From Candidatus Paceibacter sp. (GTDB lineage: Bacteria; Patescibacteriota; Minisyncoccia; UBA9983), in NCBI GenBank assembly GCA_013360865.1, contig JABWAS010000001.1:1-50647 (forward strand): a stretch of 50,647 nucleotides of DNA, read 5' to 3'. A model generated the notes under the pieces. It made no database searches. It had not been told where the DNA came from and was given only the letters and a program-made list of their open reading frames with translations. A program made the position numbers and the translations under genes. Positions 24,629-31,210 of the stretch are shown here, in pieces (the first letter of the stretch is position 1; every line of letters begins with the position of its first letter).

Positions 24629-24664
24629 ACTAAATGCTCCCCCGCCTGCCATCGCCTTAATTTT

Positions 24665-24735
24665 TCGGGGCATCCAGATTTGAACTGGAACTAAGTCCTC
24701 CCAAAGGACTCGTGCTACCGTTACACTATGCCCCG
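24665..24735 (-). tRNA. tRNA-Pro (anticodon UGG)
   Basis: Acceptor CGGGGCA/TGCCCCG, anticodon arm AGTCC-TTTGGGA-GGACT, and T arm TCCAG-TTCAAAT-CTGGA. No encoded CCA. Confidence 0.9.
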
Positions 24736-24824
24736 GCTCAGGCTTTGGCGGGCAGGCAAAGCAGGTTTGTTTATATTACATCACTATAAAGTTTTGCTCC
24801 ATGTTTCATGCGAAACATTGATTT

Positions 24825-25214
24825 TCAAATAATCACATTCTCGGTAATCCTTATTGTGGCCTTTTTTCTGTTTAAATCAAGGAAAACCGCCATTACATCG
24901 ATCTGCCACTCGGTTTCATGTGGAACATCTTTCTCTATCAGATACGTCTGTATCGCCCGCGACAATCGCTTTAATTTCCAAAAATGAACATTTTCCTCCG
25001 GCCTAAAACCGTTTCTGTCATAGTTATTCGTTTCATGTGAAACGGCTTTGACTTCCACAAAATGAATAATCCCCTCTTTTTTCGCCACAATATCAATTTC
25101 TCCCCACTTTTTCCTATAATTCCTGTCCAAAACCGCAAAGCCATGTTTCATGAGAAACCTTGCCGCCGCGTTTTCTCCGGCGAAACCTATCTTTTGTTTA
25201 TCTGTTAATGGCAT
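24825..25214 (-). CDS. yraN: YraN-family endonuclease (UPF0102)
   Basis: GENAAARFLMKHGFAVLDRNYRKKWGEIDIVAKK...HFVEVK is a typical UPF0102 core. Confidence 0.8.
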   Translation of the reverse strand: MPLTDKQKIGFAGENAAARFLMKHGFAVLDRNYRKKWGEIDIVAKKEGIIHFVEVKAVSHETNNYDRNGFRPEENVHFWKLKRLSRAIQTYLIEKDVPHETEWQIDVMAVFLDLNRKKATIRITENVII

Positions 25215-25621
25215 TTATTGTCTTTCGCCAGTTTTAAGACTGTGGATAACTATGTTAATAATAATTTAAAACTTCTGTTAAATTTTAGTCTGGCCAATGG
25301 CAACCTTTTATTAAACCCGCCAACAGTAAAAAGTTTTCTCAATTTAAAAATTCCAACCTCCAGATAAACCGGAGTCGCTGCTCGCTTAAAACGGCTAAAA
25401 ATAAGAATATTTTAACGGACAAACTAAAGGACGGTCTATTCTTGTTATCGGACACAAATTCTTGTCCAATGTCTTTTATTACCATAACTTATGGGACACT
25501 GCTCTAAAATACCTGTGTATATATCCTGTGGATAATGTGAATAACTTTTCTATCGTACCTAAAGGACGAGGTAATCTAAAAGACAACTTCCGATACAAAA
25601 TTTAAGGGACAAATCTTGTTT

Positions 25622-25695
25622 TGCGCCCGGTAGGACTTGAACCTACAACCGCTTGGTTCGAAGCCAAGTACTCTATCCAATTGAGCTACGGGCGC
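25622..25695 (-). tRNA. tRNA-Arg (anticodon UCG)
   Basis: Acceptor GCGCCCG/CGGGCGC, anticodon arm CTTGG-CTTCGAA-CCAAG, and T arm GTAGG-TTCAAGT-CCTAC. No encoded CCA. Confidence 0.9.
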
Positions 25696-25739
25696 TTTAT
25701 TCTGTTAATTTAACACAAAAATGCTAAAATATACAGGAA

Positions 25740-27248
25740 ATGCGGGAAAAAATAAAAACTATCCCCAAAATCGTCGTTGATATTGCCGAGAAACTCAATA
25801 AGGCCGGATTTGAGGCTTATTTTGTCGGCGGCTGCGTCCGCGATCTGGTGTTACATACGAAACCGAAGGACTGGGACATTACCACCAATGCCAAACCGGA
25901 AGATATCCAAAAGCTGTTCCCCCGTTCTGTTTACGAAAATAAATACGGAACTGTCGGGGTTATCAACGACACGGATGATGAAACTCTAAAAGTCGTTGAG
26001 GTTACGCCTTATCGGCTGGAATCCGGTTATTCGGACAAAAGGCGGCCAGACGAAGTGCGTTTCACGTCAAACGTTAAAGAAGATCTTAAAAGGCGCGATT
26101 TTACCATCAACGCCTTGGCCCTTGCCCTGCCTCATCGGCAGGCAGGCCTGCCCCGCGAAGGCGAAAAAGACTTGGAATTACTCGATTTATTCGGCGGCCA
26201 AGAAGATTTAAAGAAGAAAATTATCAGAACGGTGGGCAATCCGGACGACCGATTTAATGAAGATGCTTTACGGATTTTAAGGGCAATAAGATTGGCCGCA
26301 GAACTTGATTTTGACGTTTCACGTGAAACAAAAGAAGCTATCAAAAAACATGCCAGCCACTTGCAAGAAATCGCCCAAGAAAGAATCCATGATGAGTTTG
26401 TAAAAATAGTAATGAGCAACAAGGCTAAATTTGGCATAGAGCTTACGCGCGAGCTTGGCGTTCTTAAATATGTTTTGCCGGAGCTGGAAGAGGGAATTGG
26501 CATTGAGCAAAATAAAGCTCATAAATTCACCGTCTGGGAGCATAATTTAATGGCGCTTGATCACGCCGCTTCAAAAGGCTGGCCGCTGGAAATAAGGCTG
26601 GCGGCGCTGCTGCACGATGTGGCCAAACCGGCGACAAGACGCTGGAATGAGCAGAAAGGGGACTGGACTTTCTACGGCCACGATGTCATCGGCGCCAAAA
26701 TGGCGGCCAAAATTTTGGCCCGGCTTAAATTTTCCAAAAAAGACATAGAGCTCATCAGCAAACTGGTGCGTTACCATCTATTCTTTTCCGACACAGAAGT
26801 GATAACTTTATCAGCAGTGCGAAGAATGGTCCGCAATGTCAGTCCGGAGCATGTCTGGGACTTGATGAAGGTACGCTTCGCCGACAGGGTAGGAATGGGG
26901 AGGCCGAAGGAAACGCCATATCGCCTTAGGAAGTACGAAGCCATGATAGAAGAGGCTATGAGAGCCCCACTGTCTGTCACCAGCCTTAAAATTGACGGCA
27001 GCCGCCTTATGGAACTTCTTAAAATCCAACCCGGACCGAAAGTGGGTCAGATTTTGAATATCATGTTTGAGGAAGTTTTGGATGAACCGGAGAAAAACAC
27101 CAAAGAATACCTGGAGAAAAGAGCTGTTGAGTTAAACAACCTGCCAGAAAAAGAGCTGGAGGCGTTGGCCAAACAAGCCAAAGACAAAAAAGAATCCATT
27201 GAACAAGCCGAAATCAAAGAAATCCGCCAAAAATGGTGGGTGAAGTAA
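25740..27248 (+). CDS. cca: CCA-adding tRNA nucleotidyltransferase with HD domain
   Basis: GGCVRD...DWDI head domain, RDFTINA motif, and HD motif LLHDVAKP. 502 aa. Consistent with the tRNA genes lacking an encoded CCA. Confidence 0.9.
   Translation: MREKIKTIPKIVVDIAEKLNKAGFEAYFVGGCVRDLVLHTKPKDWDITTNAKPEDIQKLFPRSVYENKYGTVGVINDTDDETLKVVEVTPYRLESGYSDKRRPDEVRFTSNVKEDLKRRDFTINALALALPHRQAGLPREGEKDLELLDLFGGQEDLKKKIIRTVGNPDDRFNEDALRILRAIRLAAELDFDVSRETKEAIKKHASHLQEIAQERIHDEFVKIVMSNKAKFGIELTRELGVLKYVLPELEEGIGIEQNKAHKFTVWEHNLMALDHAASKGWPLEIRLAALLHDVAKPATRRWNEQKGDWTFYGHDVIGAKMAAKILARLKFSKKDIELISKLVRYHLFFSDTEVITLSAVRRMVRNVSPEHVWDLMKVRFADRVGMGRPKETPYRLRKYEAMIEEAMRAPLSVTSLKIDGSRLMELLKIQPGPKVGQILNIMFEEVLDEPEKNTKEYLEKRAVELNNLPEKELEALAKQAKDKKESIEQAEIKEIRQKWWVK
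27169..27248 (+). repeat. 80-bp direct repeat, copy 1 (functional 3' end of cca)
   Basis: CCAAACAAGCCAAAGACAAAAAAGAATCCATTGAACAAGCCGAAATCAAAGAAATCCGCCAAAAATGGTGGGTGAAGTAA. About 5 mismatches versus 28610-28689. Confidence 0.9.
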
Positions 27249-27296
27249 AACTGCAAAAAGGTTGCGCAAATTTACCATAATAGACTTTATAAAAAC

Positions 27297-27324
27297 TTGA
27301 CATTGAAAATAATCGGTCTAGAAT
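27297..27324 (+). promoter_or_regulatory. candidate promoter of the AAA+ ATPase cassette (TTGACA-N16-TAGAAT)
   Basis: TTGACA at 27297-27302 and TAGAAT at 27319-27324, 18 nt before the ATG at 27343. Confidence 0.45.
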
Positions 27325-27342
27325 ATAACTATCAATAATAAA

Positions 27343-28602
27343 ATGTTTATAAAACGGAATATTTTTGAGGCCTTAAAAAACCATCTTGATAAAAAAGAGA
27401 TGACTCTTATTGTTGGACCGAGGCAAGCGGGCAAGACAACTTTAATGATGGAGCTTAAGGAATATCTTGAAAAAACAGGGAACAAAACCGTTTTTTTGAG
27501 TCTTGATTTTGAAAACGACCGAAAATTTTTTACTACCCAAAACTCTTTGACAGAGAGGTTGAAACTGGAGTTTGGCAACAATAAGGGCTATGTTTTCCTT
27601 GATGAAATACAAAGAAAAGAAGACGCCGGATTGTTTTTAAAGGGAATCTACGATATGAATTTGCCGCATAAATTCATTATTTCAGGATCGGGGAGCGTCG
27701 AGCTTAAGGAAAAAGTTCACGAATCCTTAGCGGGAAGAAAAATGATGTTTGAGGTTTTGCCGATAAGTTTCAGTGAGCTTGCGAATTTTAGGACAGATTA
27801 CAAATACGAAAACAGACTTTTGGATTTTTTAAATATTGAAAAGGATACAGCGATGAGTCTTTTGCTTGAGTATTTGAACTTTGGCGGCTATCCTCGGGTG
27901 ATTACGGCAAATTCCTTTGAAGAAAAAATGATGGTTATTTCTGAACTTTATGGAAGTTATATGGAAAAAGACATCGCATACTTGCTGAGAGTGGAGAAAT
28001 TGGACGCCTTTTCCTCTCTAGTAAAAATTATTGCCGGTCAGACTGGCAGAATAATCAACTATTCAGAACTATCAAACACAATCGGATTATCCATGGCGAC
28101 AATTAAAAACTATTTATGGTATTTGGAAAAAACCTTTATAACCGGCACGGTTTCGCCATTTTTTAAAAACAAAAGAAAAGAGATTACAAAAGCTCCTGTC
28201 GTCTATTTCCACGATCTTGGTTTTAGAAATTATTCAGTCGGACTTTTTGGAAAGACGGCCCAGACGGACGGTTCAGGTTTCGCTTTTCAAAATTTTGTTT
28301 TCAACGCGTTGAAAACCAGCTTGCAATTTTCCGGCGCCGAAATAAGACACTGGAGAACAAAAGAAAAAGCGGAAGTTGATTTTGTGATAACTTCAGGAGA
28401 TAGAGTAACTCCGGTAGAAGTTAAATATTCAGAACTTAAGAAACCGGAAGTCGGCCGTTCGTTAAAAAGTTTTATTGATAAATACAAACCCCAAAAAGCC
28501 TTCGTAGTAAATAAAAGTTTTAAAGAAACGTTTGTCATTGACAAGACCGAAGTAAACTTTATTCCTTTTTGGGAATTGGCAGGCAGGGGGATTTTGGATT
28601 AA
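27343..28602 (+). CDS. AAA+ ATPase (ATPase-AAA_14 / DUF4143-type)
   Basis: Walker A GPRQAGKTTL, Walker B VFLDEIQ, and a C-terminal DUF4143-like region. 419 aa. Confidence 0.85.
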   Translation: MFIKRNIFEALKNHLDKKEMTLIVGPRQAGKTTLMMELKEYLEKTGNKTVFLSLDFENDRKFFTTQNSLTERLKLEFGNNKGYVFLDEIQRKEDAGLFLKGIYDMNLPHKFIISGSGSVELKEKVHESLAGRKMMFEVLPISFSELANFRTDYKYENRLLDFLNIEKDTAMSLLLEYLNFGGYPRVITANSFEEKMMVISELYGSYMEKDIAYLLRVEKLDAFSSLVKIIAGQTGRIINYSELSNTIGLSMATIKNYLWYLEKTFITGTVSPFFKNKRKEITKAPVVYFHDLGFRNYSVGLFGKTAQTDGSGFAFQNFVFNALKTSLQFSGAEIRHWRTKEKAEVDFVITSGDRVTPVEVKYSELKKPEVGRSLKSFIDKYKPQKAFVVNKSFKETFVIDKTEVNFIPFWELAGRGILD

Positions 28603-28609
28603 ATCATTA

Positions 28610-28689
28610 CCAAACAAGCCAAAAACAAAAAAGAATCCATCGAGCAGGCCGAAATCAAAGAAATCCGCCAAAAATGGTGGGTGAAGTAG
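28610..28689 (+). repeat. 80-bp direct repeat, copy 2 (orphaned duplicate of the cca 3' end)
   Basis: Still reads ...AKNKKESIEQAEIKEIRQKWWVK-stop in one frame, but has no upstream ORF. Confidence 0.9.
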
Positions 28690-28813
28690 GGGATTGACAA
28701 AAAGTTAATACTATATAGACTGTTTGGGTTGTAAAATGAGTACGTTGAAATAAAGATTACACCGCAGGATCACGCGATCCCGCGGATTTTTAAAATCTGC
28801 TAAGGAGGGCAGT

Positions 28814-29392
28814 ATGAAGTATTTGCTGGTGATTTTGTTTGTGGTTGCGGGATTATTTTTTATGAACAATGATGATGCCTTAGCTTCATCAAAGAGAGAG
28901 GAGGCTCTTCATTTGATCCGGGAGGCGCAAATGAGAACAATCGGAGAAAAGTATGTCGCCTACGGGAACGTAATATGCCTCATAGAGCAAGGGCATAAAC
29001 ACAAAGCAGGTGAGGCATTAAATGCGTTGATGGCCGATGAAGCTGACTCTGCCATGCTTGATATGGTCTCTGATGCTTACTTTGTCTTGAAACTAAACCC
29101 CAAACCAAAATCTGGAGGAACATACACAAACATCAGCGGTTTTGTGTATGAGGTATCCAGTAGCGGGAACGAGAAAAAAGCGGGTGGAACCGTATATTTC
29201 TGGAACTACCTGCGAACAATTTTGCTGTATAAATTCCCTGCTACGGCCAGTGCCGGATATTATGGCAGGATCTGGGTGCAGCGTTATGACTGCAGGGGAA
29301 GGGTTACGTCAAGCGGAAAATATTCCGCATGGAGGAACGACTATCTACCCGCATATCCCTCCGCGATTTTAAACTTTTACATTTACCAATAA
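28814..29392 (+). CDS. secreted hypothetical protein
   Basis: 192 aa with signal peptide MKYLLVILFVVAGLFFMNNDDALA. A strong Shine-Dalgarno AAGGAGG lies 6 nt upstream, which is unusual in this window. Confidence 0.65.
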   Translation: MKYLLVILFVVAGLFFMNNDDALASSKREEALHLIREAQMRTIGEKYVAYGNVICLIEQGHKHKAGEALNALMADEADSAMLDMVSDAYFVLKLNPKPKSGGTYTNISGFVYEVSSSGNEKKAGGTVYFWNYLRTILLYKFPATASAGYYGRIWVQRYDCRGRVTSSGKYSAWRNDYLPAYPSAILNFYIYQ

Positions 29393-29404
29393 CACTAAGT
29401 CTTG

Positions 29405-29432
29405 GGCCGGATGAGTTAAAACTCATCCGGCC
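29405..29432 (+). terminator. intrinsic terminator
   Basis: GGCCGGATGAGT-TAAA-ACTCATCCGGCC followed by ATTTTTTATTTT. Confidence 0.75.
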
Positions 29433-29437
29433 ATTTT

Positions 29438-30505
29438 TTATTTTCTCCCTTTATTATGAAACGATTTATGCACGTCCCGTAGTTGTTTGTCGGTGATGTG
29501 GGTGTAGATTTGGGTGGTGGAGATGTTGGAGTGGCCGAGCATGGTTTGGACGGCGCGAATGTCGGCGCCGTTGGAGAGTAGGTCGGTGGCGAAGCAGTGG
29601 CGGATGACGTGCGGCGTGACTTTTTTGGAAATTCCAGCTTCTGTGGCGCGTTGTTTGATCATGCGCTCCACGGAGCGGGGAGTAAGGCGAGAAACATTGC
29701 CGGAACTGGGAAATTGGTTTCCTTGAGAACGGTCATAACGGGGAATTCTCCGGAAACCAACTTTCCCAGTTCCGGCTGATACAAACAATGCTTCTTCCGT
29801 GTCTGTTCTCTTGTCCAAATAATTTTTAAGCGCTTGCTTGGCTGTTTCTGATATGAAAACTACTCTTATCTTGCCACCCTTGCCGCGGATGGAAATTTCG
29901 CCGTTTTTAGCTTCGCTGAAAGAGTCGCGGTTTAAAGCGCAAAGCTCGGAAACGCGCAAGCCGGTGGAGAAAAGGAGTTCCAAAATGGCTTTGTCGCGCA
30001 AATTTCTTGGGTTGTTGCCATTGCTTTTTTGGCTGGCGGAGGAAAAAGATGCCTCCGGAGAATTCCCCGTTATGACCGTTCTCAAGGAGGCGCTTTTTCC
30101 TCCGCCAGCCACCATGAGCGGCGCGTCAAGAAGTCTTTGCAACTCCTCTGCCGTTATCAAATCCAAATCCCTTTGCGGCGTTTTGGCCAGCTCAATCCTT
30201 TCCGGCGGCAGGGAGGCAATGTTTCTCTTGGCCAGATATTTAAGAAAAACCCTCAAGGCGATTAAGTAATAATTCTGCGTTTTTTTATTTAAATTACCGC
30301 CGCTGTTTTTCTCTTCGCGGTTAAGGAAAAGGCGGTACTTCCTGACAGTTTCGTCGTCTATTTGGGAAGGGGAGGAAACTTTGGCAAAGCCCAAAAACTT
30401 ACTCAAATACCGGTCGTAATTTTCTACCGTTTTTAGGCTGCGGCCTTTTTCCACCTCTAAATATTCAAGAAACTCCCGGTGAAGCTCTTTGAGGTTGTGC
30501 GGCAT
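29438..30505 (-). CDS. tyrosine recombinase XerC/XerD-like, carrying two in-frame palindromic insertions
   Basis: N-terminal SAM-like domain. Catalytic residues RVSE..., HVIRHCFAT and GHSNISTTQIYTH are present. 355 aa, roughly 55 aa longer than typical owing to two inserts. Confidence 0.85.
   Translation of the reverse strand: MPHNLKELHREFLEYLEVEKGRSLKTVENYDRYLSKFLGFAKVSSPSQIDDETVRKYRLFLNREEKNSGGNLNKKTQNYYLIALRVFLKYLAKRNIASLPPERIELAKTPQRDLDLITAEELQRLLDAPLMVAGGGKSASLRTVITGNSPEASFSSASQKSNGNNPRNLRDKAILELLFSTGLRVSELCALNRDSFSEAKNGEISIRGKGGKIRVVFISETAKQALKNYLDKRTDTEEALFVSAGTGKVGFRRIPRYDRSQGNQFPSSGNVSRLTPRSVERMIKQRATEAGISKKVTPHVIRHCFATDLLSNGADIRAVQTMLGHSNISTTQIYTHITDKQLRDVHKSFHNKGRK
29699..29776 (+). 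repeat. palindromic element A inside xerC (78 bp)
   Basis: GCCGGAACTGGGAAATTGGTT-[CCTTGAGAACGGTCATAACGGGGAATTCTCCGGA]-AACCAACTTTCCCAGTTCCGGC. The flanks pair with each other. The 34-nt core is at 29721-29754. Confidence 0.85.
30031..30110 (-). repeat. palindromic element B inside xerC (80 bp, opposite orientation)
   Basis: GGCTGGCGGAGGAAAAAG ... CTTTTTCCTCCGCCAGCC form perfect 18-bp arms. The identical 34-nt core lies at 30054-30087 in reverse complement. Confidence 0.85.
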
Positions 30506-30691
30506 TAATCAAGTATAGCATTTATGACTAAGTTTTTAATTTTTAATAATCAATAATCAATTTTCATTGAATTTTCAATTTTAGAATTTCCAATTGAAAA
30601 TTAAGTCATTGAATCATTGATTGAAAACTGGAAATTGTTCATTGGAAATTTAAGAAAAAGGCGGCTTCATTACTCTGTAAGATTATAAGAG

Positions 30692-30724
30692 AAAAAAATT
30701 CTCCCGAAATCGGGAGAATTTTTT
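30692..30724 (-). terminator. intrinsic terminator downstream of hup
   Basis: AATTCTCCCG-AAAT-CGGGAGAATT, flanked by A and T runs. Confidence 0.7.
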
Positions 30725-30748
30725 CGCAACTGCTTAGAGTATAAAAAT

Positions 30749-31021
30749 CTATTTCAGCGCGTCTTTGAGGTGCTTGGCCGGTTTGAATTTGGGAACTTTC
30801 ATGGCCGGAACGTTGACCATCTCGCCGGTCCGCGGATTGCGGGCTTGCCTGGCCGCTCTGTCCTTGGCGACAAAAATGCCAAGTCCGGAGATGGAAACTT
30901 CTTCGCCTCTCTTCAAAGAAGAAGTGATGGATTCTATTATTTTCTCCATCGCTTGCTCGGCTGAAGTCTTGGTTCCGCCAGTGACGGAATGAATGGCGTC
31001 AACTAAGTCTGATTTGTTCAT
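30749..31021 (-). CDS. hup: DNA-binding protein HU
   Basis: MNKSDLVDAIH...GFGIF-like core (GLGIFVAKDRAARQARNPRTGEMVNVPAMKVPKFKPAK). The ATG at 31021 is preferred over the longer track ORF. Confidence 0.9.
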   Translation of the reverse strand: MNKSDLVDAIHSVTGGTKTSAEQAMEKIIESITSSLKRGEEVSISGLGIFVAKDRAARQARNPRTGEMVNVPAMKVPKFKPAKHLKDALK

Positions 31022-31210
31022 ATTATTTTTAGCAACTTTGGCAACCGGCATAATGCCTGCTGCCGTCATTATTTGATAATTATCTTCTAATGTCGACTTT
31101 TTAATTTAATTCCATTATATATTAAGCCGTTTTTTAGGCAATAGCCTTAAAAATTTTCAATTTTTGGTTGTCAATTTTAATTGAAAATTGTGAATTGATA
31201 ATTGAAAATT

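Noticed and set aside
24479-24673. 64-aa minus-strand ORF
   Set aside because: It is made up entirely of the tRNA-like fragments and the 3' end of tRNA-Pro, so it is RNA-gene sequence and not coding.
24450-24740. Possibility that the T-arm-like segments belong to a tmRNA (one-piece or permuted)
   Set aside because: A tmRNA needs a GGGG... 5' acceptor strand, a resume-codon/tag ORF and pseudoknots within about 350 nt. The flanks are instead occupied by tRNA-Pro, yraN and a membrane-protein gene, and no tag reading frame is evident.
29755-30053. Reading the two 34-bp inverted cores in xerC as the boundaries of a phase-variable invertible segment
   Set aside because: Inversion of the intervening 299 bp would scramble the catalytic domain rather than swap alternative modules, and no alternative promoter or ORF appears in the inverted orientation. 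Recombination between the cores cannot be excluded, but a designed switch is unlikely.
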